Shown here piece after piece: positions 26,824-36,669 of a stretch of DNA of 57,072 bases (positions are counted from its first letter, which is position 1; every line of letters begins with the position of its first letter). This DNA is from Opitutaceae bacterium (GTDB lineage: Bacteria > Verrucomicrobiota > Verrucomicrobiia > Opitutales > Opitutaceae), in the NCBI GenBank assembly GCA_041689285.1, contig JBDNGL010000315.1, positions 1-57,072 of the forward strand, in the 5' to 3' direction. Under the pieces are notes generated by a model. That model was not told the DNA's origin. It did no database searches and worked only from the letters and a program-made list of their open reading frames with translations. Position numbers and translations under genes: made by a program.

Positions 26824-28146
26824 ATGGCCATTGCCACTGCCTCCACCACGACTACCGCTCCTTCCGGCCGCATGGCCGCTGTCAACGAGATGACCCGCCT
26901 CCTGCGCCTACTCTTCGAGGTGGAGCGCGAGTTTCTCCGCACCGTCACCACCCTCGTCTATCGGGTTGGTGAACCCGAACTTAAGTATCTCGTCTGCCAA
27001 CATGCTTGGGAAGCTGCCGGCCATGCCCGCTTTATCCGCGAGCGCGGCCGCGAGTTGACCGGCTTCGGCACCGGCGAGGGCGTCCGCGACTCCGTGCGGC
27101 GCATCTTCACCGAGGCGGTCGGGCATGCCAAATCCGACCCGTTAGTCATCACCGCCGGTTTCTATGGGGTGCTGAAACCCGCCCTGCTCGCAGCTTACCG
27201 TCATTATCTCGAGGTCACCGACCCTCTCGCCGACTGGCCTTCGAAGAAACTGGTCGAGGAATTCATCGCCGACGAAGAGCGTCACCTTCGCGAAATCGCC
27301 CCCTACCTGAAAGGTGTGGACGCCCGGGAATGGCAGCTCCATCTCACCCAAGCCCTCGACGACCTCGGTGGCTGGCTCGGCCAAAAAACCCGCCTGCCCC
27401 TCGCCACCAACTATGGCTGGCAACAGGAGAAAACGCCCTACACGCATCCCGCCACCTGCAACCGCGGCAGGTATCCGGTTTGCTCCAGTATCTTCGGCTT
27501 CGATCCCACCGAGGATCCCATCGTGCGCCCTTGGCTCACCGATCCGCAGACCGATGCCCGCGTCATCCGACTCATGGTTTATGTCTGGTTGATGATGGAA
27601 ATGGACGCGATCGACTACCTCGCGACCGCCTTCATCGACACCCCCAACGCTCCTTTCGATCTGCACCACGACCTCGCCCGCCACCTCTGGGACGAATCCC
27701 GTCACAGCCAGTTCGGCTTCCGCCAGCTTCCGAAGCTCGGCGTCGATCTGATGACGGTCGAGCAATCGTTGGAACTTTACAATATCCTCGTCCAGATGCC
27801 GGCGCACGAGCGCTACGCGATGATGACGATGGAATTCGAGGCCGGCAGTTTTCCGACCAAGGCCCACGTCATGGACCGGGTGCGGGAACTAAGCGACTTC
27901 GAAGCCGATACGCTCCTCGCCTTCGATCGTAACGACGAACAAAACCACGTCCGCTTCGGCCACCGCTGGTTGCCTGAGATGATGGCCCAGTTTGGCGAAA
28001 CCCGCCCGGTGGAGGAATTCGTGAAGGCCACGCAGGAGAAATTCAAAAAGTTCGCGCAAACCTACGGCAACCTGACCCCGCACTCGCTGCCGAAGGAGCT
28101 ACGTCTGACCGGCGAAAAGATCCTGAAACTCGCCGGGGTAAACTGA
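26824..28146 (+). CDS. Ferritin-like (di-iron carboxylate) superfamily protein, apparently two tandem four-helix-bundle halves; function unknown
   Basis: The C-terminal half carries a full E...ExxH...E...ExxH set (MMEMDAIDY, WDESRHSQFG, MEFEAGSF, DEQNHVRFGHRW). The N-terminal half has a degenerate set (FEVEREF, WEAAGHARF, ADEERHLRE). Confidence 0.5.
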   Translation: MAIATASTTTTAPSGRMAAVNEMTRLLRLLFEVEREFLRTVTTLVYRVGEPELKYLVCQHAWEAAGHARFIRERGRELTGFGTGEGVRDSVRRIFTEAVGHAKSDPLVITAGFYGVLKPALLAAYRHYLEVTDPLADWPSKKLVEEFIADEERHLREIAPYLKGVDAREWQLHLTQALDDLGGWLGQKTRLPLATNYGWQQEKTPYTHPATCNRGRYPVCSSIFGFDPTEDPIVRPWLTDPQTDARVIRLMVYVWLMMEMDAIDYLATAFIDTPNAPFDLHHDLARHLWDESRHSQFGFRQLPKLGVDLMTVEQSLELYNILVQMPAHERYAMMTMEFEAGSFPTKAHVMDRVRELSDFEADTLLAFDRNDEQNHVRFGHRWLPEMMAQFGETRPVEEFVKATQEKFKKFAQTYGNLTPHSLPKELRLTGEKILKLAGVN

Positions 28147-28206
28147 GTGGAGCGCTGGTCTCCTGACCGGCCGCGAATGAGGAAAGGCGTGTGCGGTCGA
28201 GAACGC

Positions 28207-28223
28207 TTTTGCCGAAGGCAAAA
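28207..28223 (+). terminator. Small hairpin 60 nt after the ferritin-like gene (weak terminator candidate)
   Basis: ttttgcc-gaa-ggcaaaa: 7-bp perfect stem with a GAA loop, followed by cggctatttcag (poor U-tract). Confidence 0.25.
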
Positions 28224-28374
28224 CGGCTATTTCAGATTCCATGGTCTGCATCGTGGTGAAATACCCGGGTTAAGGTAAACGTGGCGTGTTCGTGGATTGC
28301 TTCGCCGCTGCGCGCCTCGCAATGACATCCTATTTATCCGCAAACGTTGGTATTACCCGAACCCACTCCCGGTC

Positions 28375-28400
28375 GCCGACCCCTAGAGTCGGCAATTTTT
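28375..28400 (+). terminator. Hairpin + T5 in the long leader before the SSS transporter (terminator/attenuator candidate)
   Basis: gccgac-ccctaga-gtcggc (6-bp GC stem) followed by aattttt. It lies 80 nt upstream of ATG 28480. Confidence 0.3.
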
Positions 28401-28479
28401 CCCTTCATCAGCCAGCGAATGTGATTATTCGTGAAATAGTGCCTTGAAATTCAAGCGCGCCCAACCCTCATTTTGCCCC

Positions 28480-30540
28480 ATGCCCCAACCCCTCCGGCGC
28501 ACGAGCGCCCTGTTGTTTGTTTTTCTGACCTTGGGCCTGTTTGCCCGCGCTGAAGGTCTGATCACACTGAGTGCGACGCCTGTCTCGGCAGACGAGGCGC
28601 AGAAATTTTCCGTTATTGCCGCCACCCCCAACCCTGATCTCACCGGCACCGCCAGCGGACTCACTCCACTTCGTCAGCTCGCTCACAACGATGCTCTCTG
28701 GCTCCTCGCGGTGGACGCCGAGGGTCGGCAAGTTTGGCTCAAGCACGCCAAGGACGGCTGGCAGCGCAAATCAACCCCTCCCGCAATAATTCGCCCCGAA
28801 GTGCAGGCTGGCGGGCAGGCCCACGTGCTCGCGCTCGGCACGGACGATCAGGGCGGGACGACATTCTACTCCTACCACACCATCACCGATGCGTGGGCCT
28901 TGATCGGCACCACGGCAATCGAGGGAGCCTTGGTCAGGGTCCATAACACCCGCGACGGTTTCATCATCACCTCACGCAACTCGTCAGGCACCGAGATCAA
29001 TACGCGCCTCAATATCGCCCTGACCAAGCGCCTGCTCAAGCCGATCGACTGGTTTCTCATCGCCACTTATCTCGGCTTCACCGCATTCATCGGTTATTAT
29101 TATTACCGCAAGGACAAGCTGAGTAAGGACAACGCCGACTTCTTTCTCGGTGGCCGCAACATCCCTTGGTGGGCGGCCGGGGTCAGTCTCTACGCTACCG
29201 GCACCAGTGCCATCAGCTACATCGCCTCGCCGGCGTATTCCTTTGCCACCAACTGGCTGCTCCTCGCCAACAACGTCGTCGGCATGATCGGCACCATCTT
29301 CGTGGCCACGTGGATTGTGCCCCTGATCCGCCGGCTGAGCCTGATGTCAGTTTACCACTACTTAGAAATGCGGTTTCATCCGTATATCCGGGTGCTCGCC
29401 TCTGGTCTCGCCATCGTGCTCCAGCTCGGCGGGCGGATGAGCATCGTGCTTTATCTCCCGGCGCTCGCGATGGCCGCAGTGACTGGTATCAACGTCACCC
29501 ATGCCATTCTGATCATGGGCGTCGTCACCATTCTCTACACCGCGCTCGGCGGCATGAAGGCCGTGATCTGGACCGATTTCATCCAGGTCGTGGTCATGCT
29601 CGGTGGCGCTTTCGTCGCCTTCGGCTACATCGTGACCCATGTGGATGGCGGCTTGGGCGAAATGTTTCGCGTCGCGGTCGCCGACGACAAATTCCGCACC
29701 TTCAACTGGGACTTCAATCTCACCCACGCCACCGTCTGGGGATTCCTGATGCTCAACATCCTCGGCGTGCTCGTTTATCCACAGGACCAAGTGATGATGC
29801 AGCGCGTGCTCTCGACCAAATCCGACAAGGAGGCCAGCCGCTCGGTCTGGACGCTCGCCGCCATCATCGTGCCGGGCAACCTCGTCTTCTTTGGTATCGG
29901 CACGGCACTCTACGTTTTCTACAAGCAGCACCCCGCCAACCTGAATCCGATGCTGAGCATTGACACCACCTTCCCGCAGTTCATCGCCGCGGAATTGCCG
30001 CCAGGCATCACCGGACTCATCATCGCAGGCATCTTCGCCGCATCGATGTCCACCCTCTCCAGTTGCATCAACAGTGTGGCCACCCTCGTGTCGGTCGATT
30101 TCTACGAGAAGTTCTCGAAGCAGGCCACCCAGCAGAAAAGCCTGCGCCTTGCGGAAATCACCACGGTGGTCGGCGGCCTGATCGGCATCGGCACGGCGTT
30201 GTTACTCGCCAAGGCCGACATCAAGTCCGCGTTAAACACGTCCTTTGCGCTGGGGGGTCTGCTCGGTGGCGGCTTCGCCGGGTGTTATGCATTGGGCCTG
30301 TTTACCCGACGCGCCAATTGGCAGGGGGCCATGATCGGAGTAGCCACCAGTATAGTGCTCACCCTTTACGCTTGGACCCAAAATGCCGTCCATCCCGTCT
30401 TCTACATCATGATCGCCAATCTGACGACCATCCTAGTGGGCTACACGGCCAGCCTTTTCTTCCCAGCGCCCACCCAATCACTTCTCGGGTTGACTATCTA
30501 CACCCCTCGGAAAACTCCGCTGGTTTTGACCGCCAATTGA
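28480..30540 (+). CDS. Sodium:solute symporter (SSS) family transporter with an extra ~190-aa N-terminal exported domain
   Basis: Signal peptide MPQPLRRTSALLFVFLTLGLFARAEG, then a soluble domain to about nt 29043. The SSS core follows (FFLGGRNIPWWAAGVSLYATGTSAISYIASP, 13-14 TM helices). Confidence 0.8.
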   Translation: MPQPLRRTSALLFVFLTLGLFARAEGLITLSATPVSADEAQKFSVIAATPNPDLTGTASGLTPLRQLAHNDALWLLAVDAEGRQVWLKHAKDGWQRKSTPPAIIRPEVQAGGQAHVLALGTDDQGGTTFYSYHTITDAWALIGTTAIEGALVRVHNTRDGFIITSRNSSGTEINTRLNIALTKRLLKPIDWFLIATYLGFTAFIGYYYYRKDKLSKDNADFFLGGRNIPWWAAGVSLYATGTSAISYIASPAYSFATNWLLLANNVVGMIGTIFVATWIVPLIRRLSLMSVYHYLEMRFHPYIRVLASGLAIVLQLGGRMSIVLYLPALAMAAVTGINVTHAILIMGVVTILYTALGGMKAVIWTDFIQVVVMLGGAFVAFGYIVTHVDGGLGEMFRVAVADDKFRTFNWDFNLTHATVWGFLMLNILGVLVYPQDQVMMQRVLSTKSDKEASRSVWTLAAIIVPGNLVFFGIGTALYVFYKQHPANLNPMLSIDTTFPQFIAAELPPGITGLIIAGIFAASMSTLSSCINSVATLVSVDFYEKFSKQATQQKSLRLAEITTVVGGLIGIGTALLLAKADIKSALNTSFALGGLLGGGFAGCYALGLFTRRANWQGAMIGVATSIVLTLYAWTQNAVHPVFYIMIANLTTILVGYTASLFFPAPTQSLLGLTIYTPRKTPLVLTAN

Positions 30541-30550
30541 TCTCGATTGC

Positions 30551-31645
30551 ATGAAAACTTACCGCGCTGTTCTCATCGGCACCGGTGGCATCGCCGACGC
30601 GCATGTGCGCGCGGCCGAAGCCACTGCTGGCCGCGTCCAACTGGTCGCCGCCTGCGACATTGATGCCGGCCGCGCCCGGGCTTTCTGCGAACGGCAGAAA
30701 ATTCCCGCGTTCCACACGGATTACGCCGCGATGCTCCAGGCGGAAAAGCCCGACCTCGTGTTCATCGCCGCGCCTCCCGGCCTGCACGCCGTCATGAGCA
30801 TCGCGGCAATGGAAGCCGGGGCCTGGGTGCTCTGCGAAAAACCCCTCTGCGCGTCGCTCGCCGAGTTCGATCTCATCACAGAGGCGGAACAGCGCACCGG
30901 TCGCCGCACCGCCTGCGTGTTCCAGATGCGTTTCGCCACGTCCAACATCCATGTGCGCTCACTCCTGCAGCAGGGACTCTTCGGCCGGCCGCTCATCGCC
31001 ATCTGCCATACGCTGTGGTATCGCGACGCCGCTTACTATGCCGTGCCGTGGCGGGGCAAATGGACCACCGAGCTCGGCGGCCCCACCATGAGTCAGGGTA
31101 TCCACACGATGGATCACCTGCTCCATCTTTTGGGCGACTGGACGGAAGTCAGCGCCGTGGCCGACACCCTGCACCATGCGATCGAGGTCGAGGACGTCTC
31201 GATGGCTCATATCAAATTCGCCAACGGCGCGCGCGCCTCCATCGTCAATAGCACGCTCTGCCCCCGGCAGGAGACCTACCTCCGTCTCGACTGCGAACGC
31301 GCCACCGTCGAGCTCACCCATCTCTACGCCTATCAGAAGGAAAATTGGAAACTCACGCCAGCCGAACCCGGCTCCGCCGAGCCGATGCAGACCGCTTGGA
31401 GCAATTTCCCGCCCGACGTGGGCTCGACCCACGGCGCGCAGCTCAACGCCATGGTCGCCGACATGGACGCCGGCACCGTGCCACTGACCAGTGGCGCCGA
31501 GGCCCGGCGCACGCTCGAATTTCTCACCGCGCTCTACAAGTCGGCCTTCACGGGCACGAAAGTGACGCGTGGCAGCATCCTGCCCGGCGACCCGTTTTAC
31601 CGCGTGTTGCACGGTGGGTTAGCCCCAGTCCGCACAAAAAAGTAA
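30551..31645 (+). CDS. Gfo/Idh/MocA family NAD(P)-dependent oxidoreductase
   Basis: N-terminal Rossmann motif YRAVLIGTGGIADAH, the signature AGAWVLCEKPL, and a C-terminal alpha/beta dimerisation domain. Confidence 0.85.
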   Translation: MKTYRAVLIGTGGIADAHVRAAEATAGRVQLVAACDIDAGRARAFCERQKIPAFHTDYAAMLQAEKPDLVFIAAPPGLHAVMSIAAMEAGAWVLCEKPLCASLAEFDLITEAEQRTGRRTACVFQMRFATSNIHVRSLLQQGLFGRPLIAICHTLWYRDAAYYAVPWRGKWTTELGGPTMSQGIHTMDHLLHLLGDWTEVSAVADTLHHAIEVEDVSMAHIKFANGARASIVNSTLCPRQETYLRLDCERATVELTHLYAYQKENWKLTPAEPGSAEPMQTAWSNFPPDVGSTHGAQLNAMVADMDAGTVPLTSGAEARRTLEFLTALYKSAFTGTKVTRGSILPGDPFYRVLHGGLAPVRTKK

Positions 31646-31695
31646 TCGCGGCACGCTTCGGCGCGCCGTCTGCTTTGTCCGGTCCTTCATCCGCC

Positions 31696-33456
31696 ATGGT
31701 CACACCTGCCAATCCGCTCGAGCAACCGAGCCTCACCGCCTATCTGTGGTCCGCCCGCCGCCGCTTTCGCGGCGGCGTCGTGCTGGCGCTCTTGCGCAGC
31801 CTTGCGGCCGCCCCCTGCACTATTCTGATCCAGCGGATCGTGGACAAGCCCCTGCAGGAAGGGAATATTGAAGGCGTCATCTACTACAGCTTGTGGTTCG
31901 TGCTCTGCCTGGTGCTGCACTTCGCCTTCTCGGTCTGGGGCGCCCACTCCATCGCCAAGACCATGGCCGGCCTGATGGTTGAGATGCGCAGCCGCATCTT
32001 TTTCCGCATGCAGTTTCTGAGTTTCAGTTACCTCGACAGCCAGAAGACCGGCCGGCTGCTCTCCAAATACGCCTTCGACACGCAGAAGATCGAGGGCCTC
32101 CTCTTCGCCGTGCTCAACCAGCTCCTGCCTAATCTCCTCATGGGCGCCTGCATCATGGTGATTCTCGCCTGGATGAACTGGTTCCTGCTCTTGGTCCTGC
32201 TTCTAGCCATCCCAGTTTACGCCTCCGCCAAGTGGTTTTTCTTTGTCCGCATCCAGCGGGAGAATAATGCCAACCGCCTCGCGCAGGAGCGGCTCACCGG
32301 CACCGCCTCTGAATACATGTCGGCCCTCCGCCTCGTGCGCAGCTTCGGCGAGGAGGATCAGGCTGAGCGCGAAGTCGACCGCAGCAGCGAGTCCTTCGCG
32401 CGCAGTCGCATCTCGCAGTCCTATGTCAACGCGCTCTTCGGCACCTATGTGCACGTCGGCATGCAGTTTCTCTCCCTCATTGTCATAGCTGGCGGCGCCA
32501 TCATGGCCATCCAGGGCGGCATCACCATCGGCACGCTCTTCGCCTTCATGGCCGGGTTCGGCTACATCCTCGGCCCGGTGCACATATTCATCGGCCTGAG
32601 CGAGCCTTACTTCGCCGCCAAGGAGGGCTACATCAGCATCAAGGAACTCATCGATTCGCGTTACGTGGAAACCTGGCACGGCACCCGGCGGGAAGCGCGT
32701 ATCCACGGCGACATTGTGTATGAGAACGTCTCCTTCCACTACCCCTCCGCGCCGGACAAGACGGTCATCAAGGACCTCACCCTTTCCATCCGCCCCGGCG
32801 AACACATCGCCTTTGTCGGCCCCTCGGGCTCCGGCAAGAGTACCCTCGCCAACCTCCTGCTCGGCCTCTACGCTCCGACCGCCGGCCGCATCCTCATTGA
32901 CGGCGTGCCGCAGTCCGAATGGCACATGCGTTGGATCCGTCGCCAGCTCGCCGTCGTCATGCAGGACAGCATCCTGTTGTCCGGCTCCATCAGCGACAAC
33001 ATCCGCTTCGCCAAGCCCGAGGCCACCCCGGCCGAAATCCAAGAAGCCGCCCGCCTCGCCAACGCCGAGGAGTTTATCCTAAAAACGGCCGAGGGCTACA
33101 ACACCCCGGTCGGCGAGCGCGGCGTCGCGCTCTCCGGCGGCCAACGCCAGCGCATCGCCATCGCGCGCGCCATTCTGCGCAATCCCCCCGTCCTCATCCT
33201 CGACGAGGCCACCTCCGCCCTCGACTACGAGAGTGAGCGCCTCATCCAAGAAGCTCTCGACCGCCTCTCCGGCGGCCGCACGGTCATCACCATTGCCCAT
33301 CGCCTCAGCACGATCCAGAATGCCGACCGCATCGTCGTTCTGCGCGACGGTGTCATCGTCGAGCAGGGCAATTTCAAGGAACTTGATGCGCTCGGCGGCG
33401 TCTTTGCTCAATTGATCGCCGCCCAGAACACCGGCACCGAGTTCCCCGATACCTGA
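31696..33456 (+). CDS. ABC exporter, fused permease + ATPase (MsbA/type I exporter-like)
   Basis: Internal ATG 31696 of ORF 31345..33456. Six-TM domain, Walker A GPSGSGKST, signature LSGGQRQR, Walker B VLILDEATSALD, H-loop ITIAHRL. Confidence 0.9.
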   Translation: MVTPANPLEQPSLTAYLWSARRRFRGGVVLALLRSLAAAPCTILIQRIVDKPLQEGNIEGVIYYSLWFVLCLVLHFAFSVWGAHSIAKTMAGLMVEMRSRIFFRMQFLSFSYLDSQKTGRLLSKYAFDTQKIEGLLFAVLNQLLPNLLMGACIMVILAWMNWFLLLVLLLAIPVYASAKWFFFVRIQRENNANRLAQERLTGTASEYMSALRLVRSFGEEDQAEREVDRSSESFARSRISQSYVNALFGTYVHVGMQFLSLIVIAGGAIMAIQGGITIGTLFAFMAGFGYILGPVHIFIGLSEPYFAAKEGYISIKELIDSRYVETWHGTRREARIHGDIVYENVSFHYPSAPDKTVIKDLTLSIRPGEHIAFVGPSGSGKSTLANLLLGLYAPTAGRILIDGVPQSEWHMRWIRRQLAVVMQDSILLSGSISDNIRFAKPEATPAEIQEAARLANAEEFILKTAEGYNTPVGERGVALSGGQRQRIAIARAILRNPPVLILDEATSALDYESERLIQEALDRLSGGRTVITIAHRLSTIQNADRIVVLRDGVIVEQGNFKELDALGGVFAQLIAAQNTGTEFPDT

Positions 33457-33519
33457 GCCCGAGTCGCGGCTTGCGCTCGCTCGGCCCAGCCTCACTTTTA
33501 GCCCCACCTAAAATCAGCC

Positions 33520-34026
33520 ATGAACCGACTCTTCTTCGCCCTCCTCCTCACTGCGGCCGTCGCCAGCGCCCAGAGCACCTCCTTCCCCGGCATCAAGGCC
33601 CTCATGACGCCCGAAGAACAGCGTAACTCCGGCGTGGGTGATCTCACGGCCGACCAGCTCGCACTCATCGACATCGCCATCGTCCGCCACTTCGCCACCG
33701 CGGTGCGCACCGAGGTCAACCACCAGACCACCGTGATCGCCCAACAACTGCGTGAGGAACAGGAGAAGACTCTCCTCAGTCGCTTCGGCCTGCCCGATCC
33801 CTTTGATGAATCCTGGCGCGATACCCCCGGCATCAAGGCCCGCGTGACTGGCTGGGTCGGCGGCAACAGCTTCCGGCTCGATAACGGCCAAGTCTGGCGC
33901 GGGCTCACGCCCATCGCGCAAGAACTCGCCAACCGTGAGGTTGAAATCCAGCCCCGGCGCGGCGGTCACTTCATGCTCGTGGTCGAGGGCCGCAGCACCG
34001 CCGTCAACGTCGTGCGCGAAAAGTAA
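33520..34026 (+). CDS. Secreted hypothetical protein
   Basis: Signal peptide MNRLFFALLLTAAVASAQS. No family motif recognised. Confidence 0.5.
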   Translation: MNRLFFALLLTAAVASAQSTSFPGIKALMTPEEQRNSGVGDLTADQLALIDIAIVRHFATAVRTEVNHQTTVIAQQLREEQEKTLLSRFGLPDPFDESWRDTPGIKARVTGWVGGNSFRLDNGQVWRGLTPIAQELANREVEIQPRRGGHFMLVVEGRSTAVNVVREK

Positions 34027-34060
34027 GGTCCCCCGCGCCGCCGGCATCCGGGAATCCCGC

Positions 34061-34915
34061 ATGCTCACTCTCGCCAACGCCAGCCTCCGCGCCGAAGTGC
34101 TCGATCCGTCGGTTGACACAGATCGCGCACGCCTCGGCACGCGTTTCTGTTGGGGTGGCTATGTGTGGCAGGTGCACGATGCCGTCGCCGGCCCACTCCT
34201 CACCGGACCCGAGTGGCCCGTCGAGCATCCCCTCCCCTTCAACGGCCAAGGTCTGCCCGAATCATTCCGCCATGCCGTCTTCGGCAGCGGCCAACCGCTG
34301 ATTTTGGAAAACCGACGCGGCTTCATCATCGGCATCGGCGAGGTCGCCCCCAATCCTGCCGGCGATCTCGCTGTCACCACCCCTTGCGCGTGGTCGCTCA
34401 CGGCTTCGCCGGAGGCGTTGGAATTCTGCACCGCCCAAGCCGGCCACGGCCACGCCTGCCAGCTCACGCGCCGCCTCGCCCTCACCGGTCGCACGCTCAC
34501 CTCGGCCACTCGGCTCACCAATACCGGTCGCCGGCCGTTGCCCTTGCACTGGTTTGCCCACCCCTTCTTCGCGCTTACAGATCGCCTCCTCACCTGCGAA
34601 CTTCCGAGCGCTTGGGGGATGGCCGAAAATGTCGGCTATGCCCTCGATGCCTCGAACCGCCTTAGCTTCAAGCGCCGCTTCGAACACAAGGACGACGGCC
34701 ATTTCGAAAAACTCCACATTGGCGGACCGCTGCGTTGCGCGCTTTCCCACCCACGGCTGACCAAACTCATTTTCTCAACTGACTTCGTGCCCGACATGTG
34801 CCCGGTCTGGGGCAACAGTAATACTTGGTCCATCGAACCCTATATCCAGTCCGAGCTCGCCCCCGGCGCCACGCGCACTTGGACCCTCCGCTACGAATTC
34901 GGGGAAGTCAGGTAA
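34061..34915 (+). CDS. Hypothetical protein, possibly galactose-mutarotase/aldose-1-epimerase-like fold
   Basis: Internal ATG 34061 (MLTLANASLRAEVLD). The HWFAHPFF motif is reminiscent of the HPYF motif of aldose epimerase-like proteins. This is a weak assignment. Confidence 0.4.
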   Translation: MLTLANASLRAEVLDPSVDTDRARLGTRFCWGGYVWQVHDAVAGPLLTGPEWPVEHPLPFNGQGLPESFRHAVFGSGQPLILENRRGFIIGIGEVAPNPAGDLAVTTPCAWSLTASPEALEFCTAQAGHGHACQLTRRLALTGRTLTSATRLTNTGRRPLPLHWFAHPFFALTDRLLTCELPSAWGMAENVGYALDASNRLSFKRRFEHKDDGHFEKLHIGGPLRCALSHPRLTKLIFSTDFVPDMCPVWGNSNTWSIEPYIQSELAPGATRTWTLRYEFGEVR

Positions 34916-34924
34916 GCGCAAAGC

Positions 34925-35818
34925 CTAGATCAGCGCCAAACCGTCCGCCGTCTCCTGCACGGGTAGTAGGCGCACGCGCTCGTGGCCGGGGCGATTGGGC
35001 GCGTGCAGGGCCATCATCAACCGGTCGTCAAAGGTGCGAAAGAGCATCGGGTGGCCGCCATCACGGTTATAGAGCGGCGCCTTGGCCTGTATCCAGCGAC
35101 CGGTGATCGTGCCACTCTCGCTGCGGGCCACCCCGGTCACATAGCCACCGGCGCCAAAGCTTGACCACAAGAGCAGCAGCGTGCCCGCCGCAGTGCGGTG
35201 CAGCCAAGGACCGTCGGTCACGCGGTAGCCGTCACCGTATTCACTGTGTTGCGCGAGGCTCCACGGGGCTTCACTGGCGCGGAACAGCAGTTGCGGCGGA
35301 CCGGCCGGCTGCCGCCAATCATCACTCAACGGCATCGCGTGCATCTCGCCGTTGATCGTCTGGGTCCATTCGCGAATGAACACCAGCCACGGCTGGCCCT
35401 GCCTGTCCACATGCAGGGTGCCGTCAATGCTGCGCCAGCCGAGCGGCGTGATCGGCCCGGTGGAATGCGGTGCAAACGGACCCTCCGGCGAGTTGGCGGC
35501 GTAAATCGCGGTGTAGTGGGCCTGCGGCTGCACCACATTCATCCCGACTCCAAACGAGCCAAAGAGATACCAGCCGTCGCCCTGACGATGCACCTCCGGC
35601 GCCCAATAAAAATCCGCCTTCGCCGGGCCGATATTCCGCGGCAGCACGGCGCGCGGTTCACTCCAGTTCACGAGGTCACGACTGGTGCGGACACAAAAAC
35701 CATCGGGTGCCTCCATCGGCCCGCCGAGCGCGGTCGTGCCGTAAAGACGGTAGAGTCCGGCCGCGCGATCCGGCAGGATGAAGGGATCGCGAAGTTGAAT
35801 GTCAGCGAGGCGCGGCAC
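34925..35818 (-). CDS. Glycoside hydrolase family 43 (arabinofuranosidase/xylosidase-type five-bladed propeller), cytoplasmic
   Basis: IQLRDPFILPD, YWAPEVH, DGPWLH and GGHPMLF motifs. GTG 35818 is chosen as the start because homology begins there; this gives a 17-nt overlap with the upstream S51 gene. There is no signal peptide. Confidence 0.75.
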   Translation of the reverse strand: MPRLADIQLRDPFILPDRAAGLYRLYGTTALGGPMEAPDGFCVRTSRDLVNWSEPRAVLPRNIGPAKADFYWAPEVHRQGDGWYLFGSFGVGMNVVQPQAHYTAIYAANSPEGPFAPHSTGPITPLGWRSIDGTLHVDRQGQPWLVFIREWTQTINGEMHAMPLSDDWRQPAGPPQLLFRASEAPWSLAQHSEYGDGYRVTDGPWLHRTAAGTLLLLWSSFGAGGYVTGVARSESGTITGRWIQAKAPLYNRDGGHPMLFRTFDDRLMMALHAPNRPGHERVRLLPVQETADGLALI

Positions 35819-36662
35819 GGTGGCGGACCAAGGCCGATAGTTCCTCCACCGTGCCAGCGGCGAGTTCGCGGCTCGAAGTGCCCTGATAGATAAACGCCGA
35901 CTGGACACTGAGGTCCACACGCCCGCCTTGCAGCCGCACGGCGGCGGCATTGCCGAGACCGAGCACGGTCTCCCCGGGATTCGCTCGCAGATAGGCGCGG
36001 AGTTTGTGCGCCCGGCCCGCATAATCCGGCTCATCCGACCGCGGATGGTGCGGATTGATCACCGCCGGGAAGACGCCTAGCGCCGCCCGTGAGGGCACAT
36101 CCACCACCGGAAAGTCGTTGGTGCACCCGATGTGCGGACCGGCGATGTTAGCCCCGGCACTGGTGCCATGCATCGGCACACCGCTTAGGATGGCCTCACG
36201 CAGGGGCCGGAGTTGCCGCGTTTCCAGCAAGGTCCGCAGCAGTAGAAAAGTTTCGCCACCACCGATAAAAATGGCCTCGGCGGACTGAATCCGGCGACGG
36301 GCGTCGCTGTCGCTCAGATGATGGATCGAATACGCTTCAAAGCCCTCGGCTGCAAACATCCCCTGCAGGCGCTGCTCCATCCGATCACGATCATCCGGCA
36401 GCGAAGCGTGCAGGATGAGCAGCATACGCTGACGGCCAGCGAAGTGCTGACGCTGGGCGGCGGCGACCTCGGGCACAAACCGCTCATTGCGGGTGATACT
36501 GCCCCCGCTAAGCATTACGCTGACACTGGGCGTGTTGCGGAAATTAGGCTTCGCCGGGAAGAGGCCGGCCGCTTGCGGGGTGGATTGCCCAAATGCGGGC
36601 AAGGCGGCAGCGAGACCGGCGGCGGCGCCGGCTTGGAGGAAAGTGCGACGAGTGATCGACAT
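35802..36662 (-). CDS. S51 family peptidase (dipeptidase E / cyanophycinase-like), Tat-exported
   Basis: Tat signal MSITRRTFLQAGAAAGLAAALPAFGQ. IFIGGGETFLLL and the nucleophile motif HGTSAGANI are present. Confidence 0.7.
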   Translation of the reverse strand: MSITRRTFLQAGAAAGLAAALPAFGQSTPQAAGLFPAKPNFRNTPSVSVMLSGGSITRNERFVPEVAAAQRQHFAGRQRMLLILHASLPDDRDRMEQRLQGMFAAEGFEAYSIHHLSDSDARRRIQSAEAIFIGGGETFLLLRTLLETRQLRPLREAILSGVPMHGTSAGANIAGPHIGCTNDFPVVDVPSRAALGVFPAVINPHHPRSDEPDYAGRAHKLRAYLRANPGETVLGLGNAAAVRLQGGRVDLSVQSAFIYQGTSSRELAAGTVEELSALVRHRAAPR

Positions 36663-36669
36663 GATGGGA

